From Macrostomum hystrix (taxonomy: Eukaryota > Animalia > Platyhelminthes), in assembly GCA_950097015.1 (NCBI GenBank), contig CATNEN010000038.1:21824001-21888000 (forward strand): a DNA stretch of 64,000 nucleotides, written 5' to 3'. The notes beneath the pieces were generated by a model. That model was not told where the DNA came from. It did not search any database and saw only the letters and a list, made by a program, of their open reading frames with translations. Of this stretch, positions 25,543 through 38,779 are shown in pieces (within the stretch, counting starts at the first letter, position 1; each line of letters starts with the position of its first letter). A program made the position numbers and the translations under genes.

Positions 25543-26254
25543 AATCATCGATTAATATTGACGGCTATCGAGTTCAGAAAGTTCGGAAATTTCAGCGCGG
25601 CAATGTCAGAAGACCGAGTCGAGAAACTCGTACTATTTTGAAAGAATGCTGTGAACTTACAAAATTGCAAGGGAACCCAAAATTCACTGAAATTATTATT
25701 TTATACGTTTAAACACACAATGCGTCCCCAAGTTTGAAACGCTGTTTAAACAGTTAATAATTTTTGCAATATAAGTCTTTTTAGCTGCAATTATGCTACT
25801 ATCGAAATATTCTGCGAGTTTTTTCCTGAAGCTCTCGTCGTTCAAATTCTTTTTTATTGCCATAGTTAAAATTATTTTGTTAAAATATTAACTTAAACAA
25901 AATTGTCATAAAAATGCCAATTAATTTTAACTTTCTTTTAGCTTAAGAAACTTTATAAGTGCCTTTGTAAGTTTGCGACACTTAACTTTCTTTCGATTTT
26001 TTAGATTTTTTTCAGACTCTCATTAAACTAATATTAATACAATGTAAATGATAAATACAGCTATCTATACAACTCTGGTAAATCACTGTTGAACTTGTAA
26101 TGCTTGGTAGTTTTTTGCTTCAGAGAATAACAGTAATAGGAATTACTTGTAGCATGAAGCTAACTCGTTAGGTGTGTGCCTTTCGGTTTTAATTTACTAG
26201 AGATATTTCTACATTTTTCTGGACTTTAACGTATGTTGCTATAAACATATGAAC

Positions 26255-26466
26255 AGCTGCGTACAGCTGTTCAGTCCATGGAGCGGAGGGACCCGCCATC
26301 AATTACCCCCAGCTGATGCTGGCACCCATTTAACAGCCGGTGAACTGAAGCAATGCGTAGATAAGTGTCTTGTTAAAGAACATAAATTGTCCCAACCGAG
26401 TCGAGAATCGAACCCCCGACCTCCTAGTCGTGAGTCCGACGCTCTAACCATTGGGCTACAACCCTC
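26255..26466 (-). mobile_element. tRNA/CORE-type SINE
   Basis: Reverse complement matches the SINE at 8109 and 45590. Confidence 0.85.
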
Positions 26467-27861
26467 CTTGCCTGCTCGCTTGCTAAAAAAGTTAGACAGG
26501 CATGCTTCCGAATTCATTCTCTGCCCAGAGTATACATGGGACAACCTGTCAGCTATGCTTGTCCGGAAAAAATAAGGTTTGTCGGTGAGTTTTCTCCTCA
26601 GTTACAACATTCAGAACGTCAATATTCGTGTATATTCGTGCGCGCGAGAATTCTTGAGCTCGGTAGAGATTTCCGCTTCTTAAGTGTTTTGGAGGCATGA
26701 CTAACCTGCTCATAGTCTAAGACGACAGTTGGCCCTGCTTTGTCTTGGCTAAAAATAGACTCAAAAAGGTATATTTTTAGCCAACTGCTCTATCGGAGCT
26801 AACCTTGAGATGGAAATGAGAGAGAATGCAACGGCGAGTATTTCCTACCACGGACCAGGGACTGTCAACATGTTTTCTTATTGTGCTATACCTGCTCAAT
26901 AAGCAATTGAGTCATGATGTGTAGTCGTTCTTCAAACAACTGTACTGCCGAACAGCGCTAGTCGCCCAACTTTTGTTCCCGCTCGCACGCAAAAGAGAGA
27001 ATCCGGGAGACTGTAGCGCGTGGCTGTGTTTAAGGTAGATAAATTAGTCAGTCAGAGGAGATATTTCGAGACAAAACAAGGGAGATATAAGGCAGCGGAG
27101 ACATGAGACAGGATGAGATTTTGGAGATCTACTGAAGAGTTACAGCTAAAATATTCCCACTACAAGACTGTCCAAGAACGGTGTATAGCTTATTTTCGTG
27201 TGTTTCACAGTGTAAAATGTTGTAAAAGAGCATAATTTCATATATTTTAATCGAATATACCTAAAAGTTAATGTTAATGTTAATGTTATGCCTAATAGTG
27301 AATAGTTAAACTCCTTACGGAAAGTTTTCGTATTCTGCTTGTAAAACACAGATTATCGGCACCAAATAACACCATATTGGAAATCCATATTGCAACACAA
27401 GTGGACTTGTACGAGGTTGTTGGCTATTAAAGAATTATCAACTATTAACAAAAAATTTTCGACAAAGAAGTCAAGCTAGTAGAAAAATTGACATCGAAAA
27501 TTGCATGTGCAAAATGACTTTAATGGCCTACAGAAAATTTATTGACAGCATTATCGACACAAGCTCAGACTGAACAGACCTCGCACTGAGTGAGGTCAAA
27601 TTGAGCATTATGAATACAATGAAAGGAAAAGGCATAGGAAAACTAGGGAGCAAGATAACTGTAATTAAGTTATGACTAAAACAGCAGCGAACTATAATGT
27701 AAGCACACAATTTCGAACTTTAAGATATCGGCTTATTTACAAAGATCAGTGGCTCTCAAGCACAGAACACTCACGTACTAACAATTCAGTGAGTAAAGAC
27801 CTAGCATATGCATCAGAACAATACATTTAGATACAATGCGAGTTACCGAATTTGATCAGTC

Positions 27862-30800
27862 TTATACCACACCGACTGGGGTCCGAGAGCGACACATTAC
27901 AATCATCAGAATGACCAGACTGAGGATGACCACCACCGCTCCGAGGCTTATGCCGACAATGATTACCACGCGATTTGCTGTAAAGGCAATGCAGGTTTTT
28001 TTGAATAAATTATTGCAGTAAACTGCATAGCATGCCAATCAAATATATCAAAAGGACTTACGAATTTCAGTTGTTGGTGGATTTATTAAAAATTGCGTTG
28101 TAAACTCTCCTTGCCCCGAGGTTTCCGTTGACAACAATGTTATTTCCTCAGTAACAGTCGGCTCCGGGCTTCCCTCGGCGGTAGACCCTTCCGGAGCAGC
28201 AGAAGTAACTGCACCAGCTTCAGTCGTCTCTTTAAAGATCGTCGGCTTCGGACTTCCCTCGACAGTGGAATCTTCTGGACCGGCAGTTGTCCTTACTCCA
28301 GCTTCAGTTGTCTCTTGAACCATCGTCGGCTTCGGACTTCCCTCGACAGTCGACTCTTCATGAGCAAAAGTTGTCCTTACACCAGCTTCAGTTGGCTCTT
28401 GAACCACTGTCGGCTTCGGACTTCCCTCGACTGTCGACTCTTTAGGAGCGGCAGTTGTCCTTACTCCAGCTTTAGTTGTCTCTTCAACGACCGTCGGCTT
28501 CGGACTTCGCTCGACGGTCGACTCTTCAGGAACAGCTGTTGTCCTTACACCAGCTTCAGTTGTTTCTTGAACCACTGTCGGCTTCGGACTTCCCTCGACT
28601 GTAGACTCTTCAGGAGCGGCAGTTGTCCTTACACCAGCTTCAGTTGTTTCTTGAACCACTGTCGGCTTCGGACTTCCCTCGACTGTAGACTCTTCAGGAG
28701 CGGCAGTTGTCCTTACTCCAGCTTCAGTTGTTTCTTTAACGACCGTCGGCTTCTGACTTCCCTCGACTGTAACTTCAGGAGCGGCAGTTGTCCTTACTTC
28801 AGCCTCAGTTGTCTCTTGAACTACTGTCGGCTTCGGACTTCCCTCGACGGTCGACTCTTCTGGAGCAGCTGTTGTCCTTACTCCTCCAGCTTCAGTTGTC
28901 TCTTCAACGACCGTCGGCTTCTGACTTCCCTCAACTGTAGACTCTTCTGGAGAAGCTGTTGTTTTTACTCCAGCTTCAGTTGTCTCTTTAACGACCGTCG
29001 GCTTCGGACTTCCCTCGACGGTCGACTCTTCAGGAGCAGCTGTTGTCCTTACTCCAGCTTCAGTTGTCTCTTCAACGACCGTCGGCTTCTGACTTCCCTC
29101 GACTGTAACTTCAGGAGCGGCAGTTGTCCTTACACCAGCTTCAGTTGTCTCTTGAACCACTGTCGGCTTCGGACTTCGCTCGACGGTCGACTCTTCTGGA
29201 GCAGCTGTTGACCTTACACCAGCTTCAGTTGTCTCTTCAACGACCGTCGGCTTCGGACTTCCCTCGACTGTAACTTCAGGAGCGGCAGTTGTCCTTACTT
29301 CAGCCTCAGTTGTCTCTTGAACTACTGTCGGCTTCGGACTTCCCTCGACGGTCGACTCTTCAGGAGCAAAAGTTGTCCTTACTCCAGCTTTAGTTGTCTC
29401 TTCAACGACCGTCGGCTTCGGACTTCCCTCGACGGTCGACTCTTCAGGAGCAAAAGTTGTCCTTACTCCAGCTTTAGTTGTCTCTTCAACGACCGTCGGC
29501 TTCGGACTTCGCTCGACGGTCGACTCTTCAGGAGCGGCAGTTGTCCTTACACCAGCTTCAGTTGTCTCTTGAACCACTGTCGGCTTCGGACTTCCCTCGA
29601 CGGTCGACTCTTCAGGAGCGGCAGTTGTCCTTACACCAGCTTCAGTTGTCTCTTGAACCACTGTCGGCTTCGGACTTCCCTCGACGGTCGACTCTTCTGG
29701 AGCAGCTGTTGTCCTTACACCAGCTTCAGTTGTCTCTTGAACCACAGTCGGCTTCGGACTTCCCTCGACTGTAACTTCAGGAGCGGCAGTTGTCCTTACA
29801 CCAGCTTCAGTTGTCTCTTGAACCACTGTCGGCTTCTGACTTCCCTCGACGGTCGACTCCTCTGGAGCAGCTGTTGACCTTACACCAGCTTCAGTTGTCT
29901 CTTCAACGACCGTCGGCTTCTGACTTCCCTCAACTGTAGACTCTTCTGGAGAAGCTGTTGTTTTTACTCCAGCTTCAGTTGTCTCTTTAACGACCGTCGG
30001 CTTCGGACTTCCCTCGACGGTCGACTCTTCAGGAGCAGCTGTTGTCCTTACTCCAGCTTCAGTTGTCTCTTCAACGACCGTCGGCTTCTGACTTCCCTCG
30101 ACTGTAACTTCAGGAGCGGCAGTTGTCCTTACACCAGCTTCAGTTGTCTCTTGAACCACTGTCGGCTTCGGACTTCGCTCGACGGTCGACTCTTCTGGAG
30201 CAGCTGTTGACCTTACACCAGCTTCAGTTGTCTCTTCAACGACCGTCGGCTTCGGACTTCCCTCGACTGTAACTTCAGGAGCGGCAGTTGTCCTTACTTC
30301 AGCCTCAGTTGTCTCTTGAACCACTGTCGGCTTCGGACTTCCCTCGACGGTCGACTCTTCAGGAGCAAAAGTTGTCCTTACTCCAGCTTTAGTTGTCTCT
30401 TCAACGACCGTCGGCTTCGGACTTCCCTCGACGGTCGACTCTTCAGGAGCAAAAGTTGTCCTTACTCCAGCTTTAGTTGTCTCTTCAACGACCGTCGGCT
30501 TCGGACTTCCCTCGACGGTCGACTCTTCAGGAGCGGCAGTTGTCCTTACACCAGCTTCAGTTGTCTCTTGAACCACTGTCGGCTTCGGACTTCCCTCGAC
30601 GGTCGACTCTTCAGGAGCGGCAGTTGTCCTTACACCAGCTTCAGTTGTCTCTTGAACCACTGTCGGCTTCGGACTTCCCTCGACGGTCGACTCTTCTGGA
30701 GCAGCTGTTGTCCTTACACCAGCTTCAGTTGTCTCTTGAACCACAGTCGGCTTCGGACTTCCCTCGACTGTAACTTCAGGAGCGGCAGTTGTCCTTACAC

Positions 30801-33016
30801 CAGCTTCAGTTGTCTCTTGAACCACTGTCGGCTTCTGACTTCCCTCGACGGTCGACTCCTCTGGAGCAGCTGTTGACCTTACACCAGCTTCAGTTGTCTC
30901 TTCAACGACCGTCGGCTTCTGACTTCCCTCGACTGTAACTTCAGGAGCGGCAGTTGTCCTTACACCAGCTTCAGTTGTCTCTTGAACCACTGTCGGCTTC
31001 GGACTTCCCTCGACGGTCGACTCCTCTGGAGCAGCTGTTGACCTTACACCAGCTTCAGTTGTCTCTTCAACGACCGTCGGCTTCTGACTTCCCTCGACTG
31101 TAACTTCAGGAGCGGCAGTTGTCCTTACTCCAGTCTCAGTTGTCTCTTGAACCACTGTCGGCTTCGGACTTCCCTCGACGGTCGACTCTTCAGGAGCAGC
31201 AGTTGTCCTTACTCCAGCTTCAGTTGTCTCTTCAACGACCGTCGGCTTCTGACTTCCCTCGACTGTAACTTCAGGAGCGGCAGTTGTCCTTACACCAGCT
31301 TCAGTTGTCTCTTGAACCACTGTCGGCTTCGGACTTCGCTCGACGGTCGACTTCTCTGGAGCAGCTGTTGACCTTACACCAGCTTCAGTTGTCTCTTCAA
31401 CGACCGTCGGCTTCTGACTTCCCTCGACTGTAACTTCAGGAGCGGCAGTTGTCCTTACTCCAGCCTCAGTTGTCTCTTGAACTACTGTCGGCTTCGGACT
31501 TCCCTCGACGGTCGACTCTTCTGGAGCAGCTGTTGACCTTACACCAGCTTCAGTTGTCTCTTCAACGACCGTCGGCTTCGGACTTCCCTCGACTGTAACT
31601 TCAGGAGCGGCAGTTGTCCTTACTTCAGCCTCAGTTGTCTCTTGAACTACTGTCGGCTTCTGACTTCCCTCGACGGTCGACTCTTCAGGAGCGGCAGTTG
31701 TCCTTACTCCAGCTTTAGTTGTCTCTTCAACGACCGTCGGCTTCGGACTTCCCTCGACGGTCGACTCTTCTGGAGCAGCTGTTGTCCTTACTCCAGCTTT
31801 AGTTGTCTCTTGAACTACTGTCGGCTTCGGACTTCCCTCGACGGTCGACTCTTCTGGAGCAGCTGTTGTCCTTACACCAGCTTCAGTTGTCTCTTGGTCT
31901 ACTGTCGGCTTCGGACTTTGCTCGACGGTCGACTCTTCAGGAGAAGCTGTTGTTTTTACTCCAGCTTCAGTTGTCTCTTGAACCAAAGTCGGCTTCGGAC
32001 TTCGCTCGACGGTCGACTCTTCTGGAGCAGCTGTTGACCTTACACCAACTTCAGTTGTCTCTTGAACCACAGTCGGCTTCTGACTTCCCTCGACTGTAAC
32101 TTCAGAAGTGGTAGTTGTTCTTACACCAGCTTCAGTTGTCTCTTCAACGACCGTCGGCTTCTGACTTCCCTCGACGGTCGACTCTTCAGGAGCGGCAGTT
32201 GTCCTTACTCCAAATTCAGTTGTCTCTTTAGCGACCGTCGGGTTCGGACTTCCCTCGACGGTCGACTCTTCAGGAGCAGCAGTTGTCCTTACTCCAGCTT
32301 CAGTTGTCTCTTCAATGACTGTCGGCTTCAGACTTCTTTGCATGGTTGATTTTTCTGGTGCAGGAGAACTCGCGACGCCGCTCTCTGTGGTCTCCCCACC
32401 GGCGACCGTCGGTGATGGACTTGCCACGACTGTAGAATCTTTTGGAGCAGCAGATGTCACGACACTGCTCTTTGTTGTCTTTTCAACTGTGATCGACGAT
32501 CTGGGATCCACCACGACCGTAGAGACTTTTGCCGTAGCTTTTATCGTCGTTTTTATTGTAGTCTTAGCAGTGGTCTCAATCGTCTCCGTCGGCGCGCCAC
32601 AGATGTCACAACGCTCTTCAGTGGTGGACTCCTTATTTGTGACTGTTGGTAGTACCTCTGAAGCGCTCATCGTCGGTTTGTGCTCCGAACCGCCCACGGA
32701 TGTTGGCCTCTCTGGATTCTCCATTTCTGTCCCATTGCACAATGGACAGTCCTTAGATGAATTAGTAACGCTAGGTCTTGTTGGTAAAACCACTGTGGCC
32801 TGATTAAGTCCTGGTGGCACCTCTCTATCAGTACCGATTGACCCAATCGTCTGGGCTCGTCCTGGGTGGTAAAGAGCGGAATTATGAAATTAATTATCAT
32901 TCAAGGGTCATTATATTTCGAAATCAATATCTTGCCCATCAGCTATTTAACTTACCTGAGGTTACTAGTGCCGATATCGTGGCTAATGCTAGCCAAATCA
33001 AGTTAAATATTTTCAT
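27862..33016 (-). CDS. Type I transmembrane mucin, about 1640 aa; exons 33016-32956 (signal peptide), 32861-28062 (T/E/P/V-rich repeats), 27977-27862 (TM and short tail)
   Basis: Exon 1 MKIFNLIWLALATISALVTS|gtaagt; in-frame phase-1 joins; 26/27-aa repeat 'EAGVRTTAAPEESTVEGSPKPTVVQETT'; last exon NRVVIIVGISLGAVVVILSLVILMIVMCRSRTPVGVV*. Confidence 0.88.
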
Positions 33017-33119
33017 GTCCGTTACCTTCAGTTTGCAGGGCTAGAATTAAAATGCAGCACTCGGTGAAAATTCTTGAAGAGGTGAATCATAAACGCCACT
33101 TGCATAGGAATCATTCGCC

Positions 33120-33128
33120 GTTTATATA
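33120..33128 (-). promoter_or_regulatory. Candidate TATA box (CTATATAAA) of the membrane mucin gene
   Basis: About 105 bp upstream of the ATG at 33016. Confidence 0.5.
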
Positions 33129-34985
33129 GTTATTTTTAATGGGTTGCTTACGCCCGTTTCTAGGGCATGTCCATTCTTTAAGTGACGTGTTTTCTGCTTG
33201 ACATAGGCCCCAGACTGTTTGAGATTGTTTACTTTTTTTCTGTGACGCCATGGATTTGCGACTGCTGATGAGTCATCTTGCTTATTGAGCACAATACATA
33301 TTAAACCGCTGATATGTTCTAGCTATTTATCACGAAGTGAATGGCTGACTGGATGGCTGAATTTTGTCTACGGCTAATGTTTGGCACCCCTCAAACACCG
33401 CAGTGCACAATGGCCTGGGCCCATGTTTTTTCCACACGCGCTGTTTATCTCATAACTAATAGTCGGCACAGGCAGTATACGACTGACGCACGAAAACAAT
33501 AGCGGAAAAAATATGGAAGCTATATGGACTAGCGTTCGTGTTTTATTCATTTGTTATGTGAATCTTTTCACTTGCCTTCTGGGAACAAGGAAAATGGAAT
33601 TGCATTCGAATAGCATTTAATTGTTGCAAATTGAGAAGCTCTCGAGTAATCGAGTATAACAAATCAAGTCTTCCTATATCTGTACCACTCGTAAATGTGC
33701 ATGACGTACTTGGATGAAAACTGCCTATAGTAGCAGTTTTAAGCAGTCAAAAATTTCAAATAAGTAAATGTCAAATATTTCCTTTTTTTATTTGGCTTCC
33801 TAGGGTGGGAAGGCTCGAGGCGCAAATTTATTGACCGGGGCGATTGTTTGAAAGCCTAAAAAGCGTTTATAGAAGACGGACAATATCTTAGAAGTTTCTT
33901 AGAAATATAAGAAATATCTCGGATCTTGCTGGATGTCAAGATTCTAAAAACATGAAGCTTTGGTGTTATTTGTTGATCGAAAAATAACTATACTCGTACT
34001 TATACCCATTCGTAACAGTTAAACTTCGATTTTCTGTTTCGTTAAGAATAAAAGTATTTTTTACGACCTTATACACACAACCTTCTATATTGTAGTCTCC
34101 TTGTGGCTATGACATATTTTATTGCTTCCTAATCAGGCTAAGTATTCTTAGCCAGGCTTGTTGACCAGTAGTTAGAGCTTTAGATATTGGACTGAGACCG
34201 AGAGGAATTGTGAGAGTCCGAATTTCAGCCCAATGGTATTTCTTTTCCGAACAGAATGATGATGAGAAAATCAGTACAGATGTACACACCTGTGTGAGCG
34301 TGTGCCTGCGTACGTTATCTGTGTGTGTGTGTGTGCTCAGGACTCAACGAAATTGCCTCCTCGCTGGCTGCGGGTCTACTGTCACAATTGTGCCATTGCC
34401 AAAAGCCCTCCTGAAATTAATCTTGTTATTACAATTATTATTATTAACATAGAATAATGGCTTTTTTCCATTTCAATTACTATCAGTAACTTGTTTTACC
34501 TTTCTGTGTATATTTCTGAACAAAAACTCATTCTGCAAGCTAAGAGCTGTGAAAAATGATTGAATGCATTAGCAGCACGGTTATGAGTACGCCTCAATAA
34601 TATTTCTCATAAAATTGTGCTCCGAGTCTTTCAGGTCAGCATTCAAAGCTAAATGGTTAGTCCGATATTGCGAGCTTTCGTGTGTACTCGCTGAGCCTAT
34701 ACAGATCTGGCATGCATTGGCTATCTACTGCATGTAGTGCAATTCACATTTAGACAAGGCTTGAGTACATTGGACTGACACCGGTGGTGGACACGGCGTG
34801 TGCAGGTTAGTTGCTATGCCGCGTCAACACTCAGTTTTCTGTGTTGATAAAAGAGAGTTTAGTTTTTTTATATCAAACTCAGCAATCGCGCGACCTGTGA
34901 TTTAGTTCAGCCTGGGAAGTCAAAATTCTAAACAACACAGCGCTTCAGCAAGCAAAAAGTTTTTTTCCTATTTTTTAGTATTGAA

Positions 34986-37900
34986 ATGACGTCTAGCCAC
35001 GGTCGTTTCAAAATTGTCCTTCTAGGCGAGAGTTCAGTTGGTAAGACTTGCCTGCTGAGAAGTCTCATCGGAGAAGAGTTCAGCTCACATGTCATGAGCA
35101 CGATCGGTCAGTACAGCGGATGGCGCCGGCGCTTTGCCATTTAAAAACGAAAATCTTATAACTCATTTAAAAAATAAGAACAGATAGACTCGCAGTTAAT
35201 TTAGACGGGAAAGTAAGTTTTCAAACTCATAGTCTGGTTTGTTCTATGAGTCATTCAGCGAATCTTCTAATGTCATGATTATACTCGGAACTTATATCGG
35301 ATAATGCGCGGTCATCTATTAAGGATCTAGATTTAAAACGAAACTGGGGTAAAATAGAAGTCTATGGGGATAATTTAGGGGTCTCTGGGGATAATAAGGA
35401 AACTGTATGGTAAGTAAGTTAGTAAGTAAGTTAGTAAGTAAGAAAACGGGGATAATTTATAAAGAGGATAATTACGAAACTGCATGGGTGGATTAGTTAG
35501 GATCAACATTATTGAAAATTAGGAATGAAGTTCAAAGATATAGTGAGGATAAACTTGGATTATTAAACTAATCAGGATTAGGTAAAATAATTAGGAAAGG
35601 GAACAAAGTTAAATAATTAAGAAGCTGACAAAAATTAACTTCAAGGCAAATAACATTTATCCACTCGAATTTGTACCATTCAGGCATCGATTTTAAGCGA
35701 AAGAAATTCACAATAGGAGACAAAATTATTGAGCTCGAGATTTGGTGAGTGAAAGCTCTCATACGAAACCAGGTCTTAAGTAATAGAACGAGTTCGTATA
35801 TAAGTAAAAAATATTAATGCTTTTTCTTTTAGGGACACAGCGGGCCAAGAGAAATTTCGTACCATCACATCGTTTCACTACCGAAACGCGAGGGTAAGAA
35901 GCTTCGTGCTATTGAATAAAGATTTATCCACTTTAGTTCTTAAGAAAATATTTTTTGTTGCAATCTATGCAATATCCTTGCAGGGAATCGTCCTGCTCTA
36001 CGACATCACAAATCGGAAATCGTTTGATCGAATGAAAACTTACTGGCTGAAGAGTATTAGCGAGGTGAGCTACACAAGGTATCGTTTTTTTTATCATAAA
36101 TTCACTTATCGAGAGCAACTTCAGATAGCGTAACATGAATGGTTTTGGAACCTGTGCCCCGACCAAACTAAGCATAGACGAATTATATCCTTCCTATTGT
36201 TGAACACAATGTCTGGGGTTTAAGTAGGCTATAGTATGGGCAACTGTCCGACTCGCTGTATAAGGCCCCCGAGCCCAAGTCCACGCGCCGAGACCACTTT
36301 ATTTTTGGTTTACTCCCGATTCGCCGAAATTCCCGATTCGCCGAATTCCCTATTTGCCGAAAAAATTGCAAAGAATATTTTTGCTGAGCTACCGTACCTC
36401 ATTACACTTTTACTTTCGGCTCTACAAGGATGTCCAGCAAGTTTTGATTTTTCCGAAGTATACGTGTGATGTTCTCCTTTGCTCACTCAATCTACGTTCC
36501 AGAAAGTTAATAAAGTTTAGAAGCAAGTTTACAAGTTAATGAATGAAGAAAGTGCATTTCATTTAAGTTAGTGTTCATTAATTCCAATACAATAGAAATA
36601 GAGTTCCAATATTTGACCAACACTCAAAGAGGGCATTGGTTATGTGGTTTAATTTAAATTTATGATAAAGTAAGATGTATTGAATCAGGATTCGGCGAAT
36701 CAGGATTCGAGTCAGGAATTTCGGCTAATCAGGAATTCGGCGAGTCAGGAATTTCGGCGAATCGGGAATTCGGCGAGTCGGGAATTTCGGCGAATCGGGA
36801 ATTCGGCGAGTCAGGAATTTCGGCGAATCGGGAATTCGGCGAGTCAGGAATTTCGGCGAATCGGGAATTCGGCGAGTCAGGAATTTCGGCGAATCGGGAA
36901 TTCGGCGAGTCAGGAATTTCGGCGAATCGGGAATTCGGCGAGTCAGGAATTTCGGCGAATCGGGAATTCGGCGAGTCAGGAATTTCGGCGAATCGGGAAT
37001 TCGGCGAGTCAGGAATTTCGGCGAATCAGGAATTCGGCGAGTCAGGAATTTCGGCGAATCGGGAATTCGGCGAGTCAGGAATTTCGGCGAATCGGGAATT
37101 CGGCGAGTCAGGAATTTCGGCGAATCGGGAATTCGGCGAGTCAGGAATTTCGGCGAATCGGGAATTCGGCGAGTCAGGAATTTCGGCGAATCGGGATTCT
37201 GCGAGTCAGGAATTTCGGCGAATCGGGAATTCGGCGAGTCAGGAATTTCGGCGAATCGGGATTCGGCGAAGCGGGAATTTCGGCGAATCGGGAATAGGCG
37301 AATCGGGAGTAAACCTTTATTTTTTTCCTTGCCGCCGAGAGAAGGCTTGTGCTAATTAAAATCATTTTAGGGTCAAACCCCCAAGGTTTAGGTTTAGAGC
37401 TAAACCTCAGTGACTTTTGAATGCGTGCCTTACGATGATAAAAATTATTGTGCACACAGATAAATTTTCATGTTCATTCTTACTTGAATTTGTTTCTGCT
37501 ATAGAGCTGCACACAGTTATCTATTTCACATTGCCAGAAAGCGGACATTGACGTCATACCAGTGTTCATGGTTGGAAACAAGCTGGACTTAGCATCTCAA
37601 CGGCAGGTTCCGTACGAAGATGGAGTAGATGTAAGTTAATCGCGTTGAATTGCATCGCGATTCAACGCGATGCAACTGTCTCTTCGCTTTGGAGGTATAT
37701 ATACAATGTCGGATCGTCTCAGCAAAGTCTTAATCACGCAACATATTCAGGCCAAAGAGCGCTACGGTTCCTATGGATTCTACGAGACAAGCTCCAAGAC
37801 CGGCGACAATGTTCAAGAATTGTTCACCGAGGTGGCCAACGTCATGATGTCCATGTGGAAGGTTAGACTTCTATTTTTTTCTTTAACACGCACAGGCGAG

Positions 37901-38340
37901 TATAACGTCTTTGTCTTAGCCCTCATATCTTAAACAGATATTGACCAATAATCGATCGTGTTCTTTTCTTCCCTCTGTGGCCAATCAAAACTTATGCATG
38001 CACCCTCCTGCATGTAGTGGCGCCCCTAGTAGTGGCGCCCCCTAGTGGTGGCGGGCACTATGGCTTAATGGACAAACTAAACTATGCAATACTTCTGGCA
38101 AGTTTGGTAAAGCCATTCAAAGGGGAATTTCAGTGCTTTACAACGGAGTAAATATTATTACTCGTCTCTCTCGCGCAGAACCTGTTGACGCAGGAGCCGA
38201 TGAGCGGAGCCAGACACACGGCCAATGCGGCTGGCCGGCGCGAGAGCATCCGGCTCGGCCAAGCGGACTCAGCACCCCTCGCTGAGCGTTCGGGCTGCTG
38301 CGGTGGCGGTGGCAGCGGCGGCAGCGGCAGCAGCAGCTAG
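34986..38340 (+). CDS. Rab-family small GTPase; exons 34986-35106, 35684-35744, 35833-35893, 35984-36064, 37538-37630, 37751-37861, 38179-38340
   Basis: G1 GESSVGKT, STIGIDF, WDTAGQEKFRTIT, GNKLDL, ETSSK, CC near the C-terminus; canonical introns. Confidence 0.92.
36307..37315. mobile_element. Non-autonomous TIR DNA transposon (Mutator- or Merlin-like) with internal 33-bp minisatellite
   Basis: TIR GGTTTACTCCCGATTCGCC / GGCGAATCGGGAGTAAACC; 9-bp TSD TTTATTTTT on both sides. Confidence 0.85.
36680..37310. repeat. 33-bp tandem repeat GGAATTTCGGCGAATCGGGAATTCGGCGAGTCA
   Basis: About 17 copies inside the TIR element. Confidence 0.95.
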
Positions 38341-38779
38341 GCTTGAGACACTGCGGACGGGCTTCAACACTGTACATTTTGTCACGTCTTTGGACAAAAC
38401 GTTGCTTCGCTTCTTTCTACAAAGTATTAACCCTTGTACTATAATGTCCAAAAAGTCCACTTTTTTATTTTGCAAGAGCTCACACTGACGCTTTCACGAC
38501 AGGCTTTAAGACCTTTAAGTTTTACTATCATTATTGATGATGTTTTGTCTGAAAATATTTAACTTCGCCTAGCATTGTCTGCATTGTTATTATAGCATTG
38601 CTCGTAGCAATATCAATCGATTCAAGCTTCTAGCTTAGAGTCTATATCTGTTTTCAATATCCCAAAACCTCACATTCGAACCCTGTTTAGCAGTTTTATG
38701 GTATCTTTTAACACCTTCACACCACCAGACCGTAAATATTGGTGTTAAATTATTTGCCTGTGTTTTTAGACCCCAATCT

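Noticed and set aside
36680-37297. 205-aa SQEFRRIGNSA repeat ORF
   Set aside because: 33-bp transposon-internal array within a Rab intron
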